DNA from: Octopus sinensis
Taxonomy: Eukaryota
Assembly (NCBI RefSeq): GCF_006345805.1
Contig: NW_021835809.1
Span: forward strand, 1-38,375
Reading direction: 5' to 3'
Length of the DNA: 38,375 nt
Part shown: positions 13,620 to 25,337 of the stretch, piece by piece
Numbering within the stretch: the first letter of the stretch is position 1
How the letters are laid out: every line of letters starts with the position of its first letter
Position numbers and translations under genes: made by a program
Notes under the pieces: model-generated
What the model was told of the DNA's origin: nothing
Database searches by the model: none
Seen by the model: only the letters and a program-made list of their open reading frames with translations

Positions 13620-14635
13620 ATAACTGAGTGGATATCATGTCTCGTTAACGTTCTCCATTAACGGTAACTGCATTCCCCTCATCATTTTCAAAGAAGAACG
13701 GTCCAAGCACTCCACCTGCCCAAAAACCACACAATTGCTTTCAGTGGTTGCATTTCACGCTCTTGCACTATTTGAGGATTTTCTTTTCCCCAAATCTTGC
13801 AGTTGTTTATTAACGAGGAAGTGGATCTCGTCACTGAAGATGATTTTCTTTGTAAAATTTTCGTCAGCTGCAAGTCTCTCCACAGCCCAGTCAGCAAATT
13901 TCTTCCGCCTCTGAAGATGCTGCGTGAAAAGGCGGCGAGCTGGCAGAATCGTTAGCGCGCCGGGCGAAATGCTTAGCGGTATTTCATCTGCCGTTATGTT
14001 CTGAGTTCAAATTCCGCTGAGGTCAACTTTGCCTTACATCCTATCGTGGTCGATAAATTAAGTACCAGTTAAGCACTGGAGTCGATGTAATCGACTTAAT
14101 CCGTGTGTCTGTCCTTGTTAGTCCTCTCTGTGTTTAACCCCTTGTGGATAGTAAAGAAATAGGTATTTCGTCTGCCGCTACGTTCTGAGTTCAAATTCCA
14201 CCGAGGTCGACTTTGCCTTTCATCCTTTCGGGGTCGATTAAATAAGTACCAGTTACGCACTGGGGTCGATGTAATCGACTTAATCCATTTGTCTGTCCTT
14301 GTTTGTTCTCTCTGTGTTTAGCCCCTTGTGGGTAGTAAAGAAATAGGTATTTCGTCTGAGTTCAAATTCCGCCGAGGTCGACTTTGCCTTTCATCCTTTC
14401 GGGGTCGATTAAATAAGTACCAGTTACACACTGGGGTCGATATAATCGACTTAAACCCTGTGTCTATCCTTGTGTGTCCTCTCTGTGTTTAGCCCCTTCT
14501 GGGTAGTTAAGAAATAAAATGCTGCGTGAGTTGAATTTTGTACATATGCATATGAAGATCTTTATGCAAAATTCGACTTAATGAAGTGGTCGGGATGCCC
14601 AACTGCTGCGAACGTCGACGAATCACTTTTCCCAG
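13620..14635 (-). mobile_element. Tc1/mariner-superfamily transposase pseudogene fragment, interrupted by a SINE trimer
   Basis: Minus strand: IRRRSQQLGIPTTSLSRILHKDLHMHMYKIQLTQ | insert | LQRRKKFADW..FTKKIIFSDEIHF, NCKIWGKENP, GPFFFENDEGNAVTVNGER. Confidence 0.85.
13928..14518 (+). mobile_element. SINE family A tandem trimer (one head plus three ~180-200-bp body units) with 11-bp TSD
   Basis: TSD atgctgcgtga at 13917-13927 and 14519-14529; three copies of gagttcaaattcc...ctttgcctttcatcctttcggggtcgat...agccccttgtgggtagtaaagaaata. The core resembles the Nin-type SINE domain. Confidence 0.92.
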
Positions 14636-14682
14636 ACTTGTTTATATTTTTGCTTGTCTATATTTTTTAAACATCTGCTTGT

Positions 14683-14776
<94 letters not shown>

Positions 14777-15728
14777 ACATCTTGATTTGCCTATACTCAA
14801 ATTCAATCACCCATTTACTCGCACGTGTGTACTAGAAAAATTTGTTACTGGTACACGGATAATCGTATATAGGAGGTATATGTGGGAATATATCTATATT
14901 TTTTATATATCGAGCGTGGTTTTTATACATGCATATTTAGTTGTTCTTGTATCTACATGCACAAACTGTTATATGTATAACTATATATGACACGAGAAAA
15001 AAAATTTTTTCTTGAGTAACCATATCCATATAAATATTATGCCAATATCTAAAATTTCTCCAATCTCCATTTCCCCTTCCCCTTATTTATTATCTCCCCT
15101 ACACTTTCGATATTTACTTTCTCTAAAATTATTCTCTAATTTTTATCAATAAACTCGAAACATCGATGTCTGAGATTCCCGAGAGAAGGCGACACTGAAC
15201 GAATTGGGTGTTTTCACGCCTTTTTACCATAAGAGAGATTTTTTATCTACCGTGTAACTGCAGTTGAAATATGTGACAAACTAACCTAAATTGTGATTAT
15301 ACGTAAACACTGCTTAGCGCAATTACTCCGATATTCTATTATAAAGTTTATTTACCACCAACCATTTATGAGGACTCTTAAACATTTTTTTCTAATTTAT
15401 AAAAAGGCCGAAATGATTATTAACGGTCAAATATAAATTTCAGTCTCCTGTATTTAAAAATTCCATACTCCCTTATTCGATTTTCAACCCCACTTACTTT
15501 TTACTTCTTATATGGAGTTTAAAACTAGCTCATTTATACTAATCTATAGGGAGAAAGTTACCTATATTTCTATGTTATATATATATCACCACCTCACCGT
15601 TACCCGTTTGTTGTGTTTAAAATAGACATGACTCCTAGAACAACTACGCATTAAAAATGAATAAGAACACAATACCCATATAATTCTCAAGTCCACCTTT
15701 TTCTTTATCAAGTTATTTTTTCTGATTG

Positions 15729-15808
15729 TGCTACTGATGAGTAGTCTTTGACAACCCATATTCTTAAAATGAATTTATTGTCTTTCTGTGTGAAACGATC
15801 GTCTAGCG
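15729..15808 (+). ncRNA. Type I hammerhead ribozyme motif with long stem II
   Basis: Stem I (t)gcta/tagc(g), CTGATGA at 15734-15740, 51-nt stem II region (gacaa/ttgtc, attc/gaat), GAAA at 15792-15795, palindromic stem III ACGATCGT, GUC triplet. Confidence 0.7.
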
Positions 15809-15983
15809 AACTGAATAAATATTTTATCCCATGTTAACATCTAATCTCCTCCATTTATTAAAAATATGATTCAATTTGTCGAACTTCGTTCTATAATTTT
15901 TCTATTCCTGAGCGTTATACTAATACATCTGTTTGTTTTGTACACCACCTGTCTTCGTCTTTTGTTTTTTCGTAAACTTTCCC

Positions 15984-16073
<90 letters not shown>

Positions 16074-16298
16074 ATGTATGTATGTATGTATGTATGTATG
16101 TATGTATGTATGTATGTATGTATGTATGTGTGTGTGTGTATGATGTGTGTGTGTGTGTATGTATGTGTGTGTGTATGTGTGTGTGTATGTATGTGTGTGT
16201 GTATGTATGTGTGTCTGTATGTATGTATGCATGTATGTATGTATGTATGTATGTATGTATGTATGTATGTATGATGTATGTATGTATGTATGTATGTA
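15984..16298. repeat. (TA)n(TATG)n(TG)n microsatellite, adjoining a reverse SINE B head at ~16299-16413
   Basis: Directly visible; acgggcttctttcagtttccgtctacc is the reverse complement of the SINE B sequence. Confidence 0.9.
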
Positions 16299-17159
16299 TG
16301 ACGGGCTTCTTTCAGTTTCCGTCTACCGAATCCACTCACAAGACTTTTGTGGGACTGAAACCAGAACCATGTTGTTGGGAAGTAAGCTTCTTACCACACA
16401 ACCATGCCTGCGCCTCATCATAAAATCTAAATCTTCCACATCCCTCTCAATAAATCGATACCCTTGTCCTGGGAAATCAAATTATTCACATCGTGCTGAA
16501 CAGCAACGGGGCTGAATCATTTCACGGAAGAACACCGGTATAATTCACAAGAGCCATAAATATATACTTAGACGAAATTACTTCCTCACAAAATCTATTA
16601 ATACGCACACATCTTGTGTACACAAATGCAATCGGAATAAAAGTTTCAAGGGAGATAACTCTGGCCGAGAATTTTCTCCCTTGCATTATTATGTGGCTTG
16701 GCTGAGGTTTATAGAAATCTTTTATGACGCAATATAAAAAAAATGACGACGATGACTTTATCTGTATGAATACATTTCTACAGAGAGAAGTATTAATATC
16801 TTTTAATTTATTCTTTAAATTTATAACAAATTCAATTTATTTTATTTCTCAGATGTTGAGAAAATTTGTGCCCTGATCTTATTGACCTATTGAATAGTTT
16901 ATCACACTTGACTAGGTATTCGTGCCTTATCTTTCTCGCTGAGGACACCAGCAAACTGGTTGTCTTGTTTCCAGGTCTGTACTTCATGACCGAGGTTGTG
17001 GCTGCGAAAATAAAGAAAAACCAAATGGAAGAACAACAAACCTACCGTCTTTTACTCAACCTGAAATTAAGTTCCCAATCTAAACGAAGGAAAGAAGTGA
17101 TGCCGATTGTGTTTATAGAATTTCCTTGGTTTGTGGAGTGTGTTTTATGTTTTAGGGCT

Positions 17160-17776
17160 GATACTTCGCCAGATGGAGAGTGAGAAAGAGAGAGAAAGAG
17201 AGGGAGAGAGAGAGAGAGAGAGAGAGAGAAAGGGAGAGAGAGATAGAAAGGGAGAGAGAGGGAGATAGAGAGAGAGAGACTGACAAAATCAGACACAGAC
17301 AGAGACAGACACAGACACAGACATACATAGACAGAGAGAGACAGACAGAGAGAGACACAGACAGACAGACAGACAGACAGACAGAGGGGTAGACAGAGAG
17401 ACAGACAAAGAGACACAGACAGAGAGAGACAGAGACAGAGACAGACAGATAGACAGTCAGACATATACAGAGACAGACAGACAGAGACAATCAGACAGAC
17501 AATCAGACAGAGATAGACAGAGACAGACAGACAGAGACAAGCAGACAGACAATCAGACAGAGATAGACAGAGACAGAAAGAGACAGACAGATAGAGATAG
17601 ACAATCAGACAGACAGAGACAGACAGACAGACAGACGGAGACAGACAGAAAGAGAGAGGCAGACAGAAAGAGACAGACATACGGACAAAGACAGAGTCAG
17701 ATGGAGACAGATAGACAGACAGAGACAGAGGTATGAGAGAGAGAGAGAAAGAGACAGACAGACAGACAGACAGAGA
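17160..17776. repeat. (GA)n/(GACA)n purine-rich microsatellite
   Basis: Directly visible. Confidence 0.95.
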
Positions 17777-18217
17777 GTTGAAGAGAAATAAATGCTTGAC
17801 TCTCATTTTCCTTGTAAATTGCTTACTTCAATATTTAGACTCTTGTTTTCTTCTATTGTTTACCTTCCGTCTTACATCATCACGAAAATTTTCAATGCGT
17901 GTAACGCGCTTCTTTCTTTTGTTCTATTCTCTATACATGTATTCATAAGAACAGGAACGCATACATAGTTATATATATATATATATATATAATATATATA
18001 TATATAGATATATATATATATTATATATATATATGTATATAATAATAAATATTAGGGAATAAATCCAAATTTACAGGGAAAAAATCAGATTAGGATTAAA
18101 TCCAATTTTATAGTAAAATATTATATAATATTAATTCGAGACAAAACCACTATTTTGCAAAACAAACAAGGAAGACTTAATCAATACATAAAAATTTTTA
18201 ATATAAAGAAATAACCG

Positions 18218-18260
18218 CCACTACAATCGTTTCATGTCTTCAATGACATTCGTCAGGTGG
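18218..18260 (-). ncRNA. Minimal type I hammerhead ribozyme, left arm copy
   Basis: Exact reverse complement of 18329-18371. Confidence 0.88.
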
Positions 18261-18328
18261 ATTTTCGATCTCCTAATCTGTTTTAATTTATGAAGTCATA
18301 AATTAAAACAGATTAGGAGATCGAAAAT

Positions 18329-18371
18329 CCACCTGACGAATGTCATTGAAGACATGAAACGATTGTAGTGG
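18329..18371 (+). ncRNA. Minimal type I hammerhead ribozyme, right arm copy
   Basis: ccac-CTGACGA-atgtc(attgaa)gacat-GAAA-c(gatt)g-TA-gtgg: intact core, perfect stems I and II, minimal stem III, GUA cleavage triplet. Confidence 0.88.
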
Positions 18372-18467
18372 CGGTTTATTTCTTTATATTAAAAATTTTT
18401 ATGTATTGATTAAGTCTTTCCTTGTTTGTTTTGCAAAATAGTGGTTTTGTCTCGAATTAATATTATA

Positions 18468-18568
<101 letters not shown>

Positions 18569-19232
18569 ATATATATATATCAAATAAAATACAAAATGGG
18601 ACAAGAACGCAAAACATCCTGACAACTAGGTGATACAAAAGGGTACAACAAAACATCCAGATAGACGATACAAAAGAAAAAACAAACATGGACGGGTCAT
18701 TCGAAGCCTTTTATCTTCAGTCAAGAATCGGATCATCCTCGCAATTTCGACTGATTAATAAATTTCTATATATATATATATATTTGTAAAAAATGAAGTT
18801 CGAAAATGCTGCTATATTATACAATTTTTAATTTTTATATATACATTATAACATGTTTCAGTTCCTGAAATGAACCTTATCAAAAAAAGTTATATATAAA
18901 AAAAGACAGCTCATGCCGTCAAACACAAGAAGTCAGACATCTTAGAGTTCATGTATAGTTGATATATAGTTTGAAGTAAGTTCATTCATGCTATATGTTC
19001 AAAGTGTTCGATGCAGTGGCCCACGGTGGCGATACGTATTCAATACAAAAAACAGATCAAAGTGGTGGAAAGCAGTCAATACAGAAGATTGATGTTTCCG
19101 AAAGAGCGAGGAATTCATTTTTACCTTAAGCAATTGTGATGACCCATGGTGGGTGTTCGCTGGGTGGTTCTAGTGAGTCTTGTGAATTGCTCGGTTTTAT
19201 AATGCCTGTTAGGTGGTCAGTCCAGCGTAGCG

Positions 19233-19565
19233 TGACGTCATCAACGTTTTGACCAATCGTTTCGTTAGGTGGCTTTAGTCAAGCAGAACGGGACGTCATC
19301 ATCATTTTGACCAATCGCTGTATTATAACTGCCTCTTGTCTGTTTCCTGTTTTGACCAGTCGCTTCGTTAGTCAAGCAGAACGGGACGTCATCCAGATTC
19401 TGCCCAATCACGACTTATAGCTACATTAGATCTGCCCCCTGTCTGTACTTGTTAGGTGACTAGTCAAGCAGAAAAGGACGTCATCAATATTCTGACTAAT
19501 GACTGTCCCCTGTTTGTATCCTGTCCATTCTAGCAGAACTAGACGTCATCAACTTGTTGACCAAT
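19233..19565. promoter_or_regulatory. Five diverged tandem units each carrying GACGTCA-N12-CCAAT (CRE-like + CCAAT box)
   Basis: GACGTCA at 19234, 19292, 19385, 19477, 19542; CCAAT at 19253, 19311, 19404, 19496 (CTAAT), 19561. Regulatory function is inferred. Confidence 0.55.
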
Positions 19566-19780
19566 CAGAATCGGGTCTGACCCTTAGCTGTATCGTATGT
19601 ATCAGGGTCAGATTTGCACGAAAGAATTTTTTTTCCCTTTTTTACTAAGGCATATTTCCGTCAGTGCGAGTGTCTGTTTAAGGTAGCGGCCGTGGTGGAA
19701 TTTTGCTTCTCCTTTTCGGAGGACTTATCTTTTGTTTTAGTATTCCTGGCCCAGGGTGTTTAAACTTGGTCTAAATTTTT

Positions 19781-20266
19781 TTATGAAATATAGTTCTTTT
19801 TTTTGGCGTTGTGTGAAGGTGCGTTGTCACTGAATTTATAGAGCGGGTTAGTTATAAATTTCGGATTTACATTTCCAGCACATCTATCTATGTGTCCGCT
19901 GACCGGTATTTTGCGGTAATCAGGGTTTCTAATTTGTGATTTATGCACCGCCATCCTGTTACGTAAGCTATTTTTTGTATGGCCTATATACTGCCTATTG
20001 CAGCCTGCGCATGTTATGACGTAAATTAAGTTTTCTGATGCGCAGGTGAAGTTTGTTCTAATGGTGAACTGGTGGCCTTGTTCCAGTATAAATTCTGATC
20101 CTTCTTTCAAGATGACACAGATTCCGCAGTTGGGCCTTCCACATTTTCTAACTGCTGGTTTTGTGGTTGATGTTGAGTGCAGTGTAGCTTGGGTTAAAAT
20201 CCTTTTGAAGGATTTTGGTTGCCGTTTACTTTTAATGATGGTGTGTGTTTCGAGGATCCGGTTCAT
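19781..20266 (-). pseudogene. GIY-YIG endonuclease domain ORF remnant of the PLE
   Basis: ORF track protein contains LIYVITC..C..QYIG.T...LR.R...H, preceded by a CxxxxCxxC linker. Confidence 0.9.
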
Positions 20267-22010
20267 CTTTGGGTCTCCCTTTAGTAGGGCTGTGCTTTGT
20301 AGTATGGTGTTGAAGGCCTCATTGTTGAGTGGGTTGTGTGTAGAGATGTAGGGAAGGGTTTTTAATTGTTCTTTCTTTTTTGGTTTTTTTGTCTCAGGTC
20401 TTCTATACTTAATTTAAGTACCCGTTGGATTGCACTGTCTATTAGGGGCTGTGGATAGTTTCTATTTGTGAGTGTGGTTCTAAGTTCCTGGAGACGTTGT
20501 GTCGGGTGTTTGTGTCTGATATTATGGTGCAAATCCTTCTAGCTAAACAAAAAGGGACATTCATTCTAGTGTGTCGTGGTGTGGCATGAATCAAAGGGTA
20601 GGTACTGTTTAGAGTCTGTCGGTTTATAGTAGATATCTGTCTCTATTTTGTTGCCGGTTTCTTAATGAGGATGTCTAAAAATGGTAATTCTTTTTCGTTG
20701 TGGTCCATCGTGAATTGTATATTGTCATTTATTCCATTTAATAGTATTTTAAATTCCTCAAGTTTCTCTATACCTTTGTCCCAGATGATTAAACAGTCAT
20801 CGAGGTATCTTTTCCAGTTGTTATGGATATAGGTGCGAAGGTGTTTCCATATTTCTCGAGTGTTATCCGGTATAGTATTTTCTCGAGGTATCCCATCACT
20901 AGGTTGGTAAAAGATGGTGCAGTACGCGTGCCCATCGCTGTTCCCGATCTTTGCCTGTAGAAATCATTGTCAAAAATAAATAATTGTTCTCTAAAATGAA
21001 TCTAAGTCCTTCTATTATAAGGTCTTTGTTTATGCGAGTTGGGAGTTCAAGGGGTAGTTATTCAGCCAGAAGGTGATCGCTTCTATTCCTAGGTTGTGAG
21101 GGATGTTAGAATAAAGATTAACTACGTCGAATGATACTAGAAGGTGTTTCTCATTGACTGTTTTGGGAGGTGGTTGAGCATATCTATATCGTCTCTTACG
21201 TAGCTTTTGATGTGTTTTAGGAAAGTTTAAGATGTGTGTCTAAGAATTGCTGAGGCGGTGAGTTTCACATGCTGGCCCTGCTATTATCGGTCTTAGTTTA
21301 AGATCATTGGTGAAGGGATTTTGATGAGTGTGTCGGTGGATGTTTTGCACGTTTCTCTAATGGTTTGGCTTTTGTGTACCTTAGGGATACCATAGAACAA
21401 ACTCGATTTGCATTTGAAGTTAGTGATGTATCATACTCCTTGTTCGTGAGTCCTTCTTGGTATGTGTTGATTAATGTCCTAAGGTTATGCATTATTTTTT
21501 GCTGGTTATACTGTTGGGCCCTTTCATAATACGTTTCATCTCTTAATAGGATAGCACTAAATTTTTATAATCGTTTGTATTCATTATTACTATCGCGTTG
21601 CCCTTATCTGCCTCCTTAATTGTTATTGTTCTGTCTTCTCTTAGTTTGATGAGGTCGTTCCATTCTCTTTTGTTGAAGTTAGGGCTGTGTTTTTGTTTCT
21701 TGATGATTGAAACGGGAAAAGTTATGTAGTCACAATAGCGGTCTAAGGCTTTATTCTTTCCCTGGTGGGGGTGTAATGGCTCTTGTTTCTAGCTATTGAG
21801 TCCTCCTCTATTTGTTTGTCTTGAAATGCCTCGGTGAGTCTTAGTTTTCTGCAAAATTCCGAAATATCATCTTTCATTTCATAGTAATTAGAACGTTGTG
21901 GGGTAGGTGTAAATTTAAGTCCTTTGGAGAGTATGCTTATTTCGTTAGGTGTAAGTTCTTTGTTTGAGAGATTGATTATCTTAATTACCTGAGGTTTCTT
22001 TTGTTTGTCC

Positions 22011-22746
22011 TATACATACATACATATATACACACATGCACACACACATACATGCATACATACATACATACATACATACATACATACATACATACATACA
22101 TACATACACACACACGCACACACACATACATGCATACATACATACATACATACATACATACATACATACATACATACACACACGCACACACATACATGCA
22201 TACATACATGCATGCATACATACATACCCTGTTGATCTTGTTGAAACTCCATCGAAGGAGCCTTGGATCTAGGTTAGAAACCGGCTCTTTCTCTCTTGGC
22301 AAGAAATTTTGAAATAAAACATACATATATAAGTGCGTACGAACGTATGTACGCACATATATGCATACATACATGCATGCATACACACATACATACACAT
22401 ACATACGTGCATGCATGCATACATACATACGCACATACATACATACATACATACACACACACGCACACACACATACATGCCTACATACATACATACATAC
22501 ATACACACACATACATACATGCATACACACACGCATACATACATACACACATACATAGATACGTATTTACACACACACATACATACCTACATACATACAT
22601 ACATATACACACATATATACATACATACATACATTCATACATACCACATACATACACACATACATACATACATACATACACATACATACATACACACACA
22701 CACAAACATACATACATGCACACACACACGCACACACACACATACA

Positions 22747-22808
<62 letters not shown>

Positions 22809-22950
22809 CATACATACATACGTACTTACATACATACATACATGCATACATACATACATACATACATACATACATACATACACACACATACTACATACAT
22901 ACATACATACATACATACATACATACACACATACATACATACATACATAC
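22011..22950. repeat. (TACA/CA)n microsatellite block bounding the 5' end of the PLE, with a ~90-bp unique island at 22228-22318
   Basis: Directly visible. Confidence 0.95.
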
Positions 22951-23279
22951 AAGTGCCGTCACACAGTCCCTTTTCGATGACTAGTGAAAAATTTCTTTAT
23001 CAGAAACCAACTATTCAGGTCGGAAGCCTGTCATAAGTGGAGTCGTATCTCCAGGCTGCAGCATAACACATCGGCCTTGTTCCGGTATAGTTATCAACAT
23101 TTAAGACGTAAACACACTGACTGATCAAAGTGATTTGAGGTCGAGAAATACATGGAAGTCTCGTGAGAAATATTCGAAGCAAAAGAATATTTCTGCATGT
23201 GTTTATGACTTCTTAGTTAAAGAGTGCATCGCTTTGTATAACGTTCTGTATAACGCTTTTTTGTGGTGGTTTTGTATAA

Positions 23280-23700
23280 TACACACACACATACGCACAC
23301 ACACACCAACACACACATACGCACATACAGAGCCACACACACATACACATACACGCACACACACACGCACGCATAGGTACACACACATACGCATAGGCAC
23401 ACATGCACGCATAGGCACTCACACACACGCACGCATAGGAATACACACACCCAACACACACACATACGCACATACAGAACCACACACACATACACATACA
23501 CGCACACACACACACACGCAGGCATAGGCACACACATAGGCACACACACATACGCATAGGCACTCACACACACGCACACATAAGCACACACACACACATA
23601 CGCATAGGCACACACACACATAGGCGCACACAGATACACACACGCTAGCACACACACATACGCACACACATACGCACACACATACGCACGCATACAGACA
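23280..23700. repeat. CA-rich minisatellite-like tract with recurring cgcataggcac units
   Basis: Directly visible; a ~60-bp segment is repeated at ~23306 and ~23451. Confidence 0.85.
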
Positions 23701-23730
23701 TGTTTATATGGATATGAACGTATAATTACA

Positions 23731-23912
23731 TGTGGTAATAAGCCTGCTTCACAGCCACATGGTTCTGGGTTTTGTCCTAATGTGTGGCACCTTGGGCATG
23801 TGTCTACTCCCATGACCTCGTGCCGACTAAAGCCTTGTAAGTGGATTTGGTAGATGAAAACTGGAAGAACCCCGTTGTATATGTATACACATATACATAT
23901 ATATATACATAA

Positions 23913-23960
<48 letters not shown>

Positions 23961-23970
23961 AAGAGAGAGA

Positions 23971-24003
<33 letters not shown>

Positions 24004-24229
24004 TAGATGCATTGTGTATGTTTGTGTGTCTGTGTTTGTCCCCCCAACATCGCTTGACAACCGATGCTGGTGTGTTTACGTCCCCGTAACTTAGCGGTTC
24101 GACAAAAGGCCCATAGAATAAGTACTAGGCTTACAAAGAATTTGTCCTGGGGTTGATTTGCTCGACTAAAGACGGTGCTCCAGAATGACCACAGTCAATG
24201 ACTGAAACAAGTAAAAGAATAAAAGAATA
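23731..24229 (+). mobile_element. SINE family B, near full length, with internal (TA)n(GA)n
   Basis: Head tgtggtaataagcctgcttcacagccacatggttctggg, body aaagccttgtaagtggatttggtag, tail cgcttgacaaccgatgc...gactgaaacaagtaaaagaata. Confidence 0.88.
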
Positions 24230-24415
24230 CACCGAATGATTATAAAGTCAGTGTTTATTAAAATACCTTTTATTTTCAAAATTTCATCGAATCTACTGAC
24301 AGGATTGAATTATTTCACGAACGCCTCTTTTCAAACTGATGGTCGTCCTGGTGCAGGCACAACAGATAACTGGAATCCTACATATGGGGTCAAGTGAGGA
24401 TTTTTGTGTCCAGGG

Positions 24416-24853
24416 CAGGGTTTCTCAACCTTTTTTCACTTGCGTAACCCTTAAAATAAATTACATGTCTCAAGAAACCCCTGTACAAAAAAAAATTATA
24501 TACTATATCTTTATCATAATTTTTTTCATCGTAGTTCACGTGGTAAATATCACGTGTATATATATATATATGGTATTTTTATACAAGTTTAAAGCTTATG
24601 GCGATCACCATACAATGACTAAGGAAAATAGTCTCATAAACCATTCGCATCGAAAGCATGTGTGTGTGTGTGTTTGTTGGTGGTGTGTGTGTGTGTGTGT
24701 GTATAACGTATGTATATACACATATAATGTGCATGTATAGTAATATTACGGTCATTAAGTTAGCATTAGCTTATCTCACCTTTTCTCGCAGAACCCTAGG
24801 AACACTTTTTGCGGAACACTACGGTTCCGGGGAACCCTAATTGAGAAACGCTA
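24416..24853. mobile_element. Non-autonomous hAT (Charlie-like) MITE
   Basis: TIRs cagggtttctcaa / ttgagaaacgcta; 8-bp TSD gtccaggg (24408-24415) / gtccagag (24854-24861). Confidence 0.85.
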
Positions 24854-25145
24854 GTCCAGAGTGTAGAAAGCATCATAAAAAAAAAAATCAAAATATCTTC
24901 TTTTTGGTAGGGGTTGGCATTTGTTGCTTAGCTTGTTTCCTCTGCTGGAGCCGCCCTTTCTGTGTTATAATTCATATTCTACATTATGTTACATTATATT
25001 TTAGGCCATAACTTCCCTTTTTGTATAGGAAATATAAACCAACTACATTCCATCTATTGTTGAAATTTCCAGTGACGCTAAGCAATTTGATCTTTTTCTC
25101 CTTAAAACCAGTTTTAAAAATTATTACTTAATAACATAACCACAT

Positions 25146-25337
25146 TCAGTACTATATTTAAGAGATGAGGAATTATTTACATTATTTACATTTGACGGAT
25201 ATTTGTCCTCATCTTGCTTGTTGTGAACACGTTTCGGCTGATATACGCTCCAACCTTCATCAAGTGTCTTGGGGAAATTTAGAACCTGGGTTCTCATTAC
25301 TTAGGTATTTTTCGATGTTATTATTATTATTATTATT
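25146..25337 (-). mobile_element. Short PLE-terminus-like repeat containing a decayed hammerhead (25226-25267)
   Basis: Minus strand acac-TTGATGA-aggttgga(gcgtata)tcagcc-GAAA-cgt-gt; the first core C is T; adjoins (TTA)n. Confidence 0.55.

Larger units (their letters stand above)
18783..22010 (-). mobile_element. Penelope-like retroelement (Neptune-type): RT + Cys-rich linker + GIY-YIG endonuclease, frameshifted, with ~950-bp 3' non-coding region
   Basis: Minus-strand motifs IINLS..LSKGLKFTPTP (~21900-21980), KEADKGNAIV (~21600), LVSFDVVNLYSNIPH (~21100-21140), QRSGTAMGTRTAP (~20920-20955), WKRYLDD (YLDD at 20796-20807), LPFLDI, DIYYKPTD, KCGRPNCGIC, NLIYVITCAGCNRQYIGHT..LRNRMAVH, ELYFIKKFRPSLN; 3' end runs into (TA)n. 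Confidence 0.93.

Noticed and set aside
13928-14518. CRISPR-like or tRNA-gene reading of the tandem units (also 27984-28111)
   Set aside because: No unique spacers or cas genes, and the context is eukaryotic; tRNA-like boxes are SINE heads without a full cloverleaf.
17045-17059. 15-nt micro-exon on minus (cag|GTTGAGTAAAAGACG|gtagg)
   Set aside because: The following intron would be only ~43 nt and nothing else supports it.
18690-18765. Minus-strand CTGAAGA...GAAT motif as a ribozyme
   Set aside because: No GAAA at the right position and stems do not pair; probably a repeat terminus, but not supportable as an HHR.
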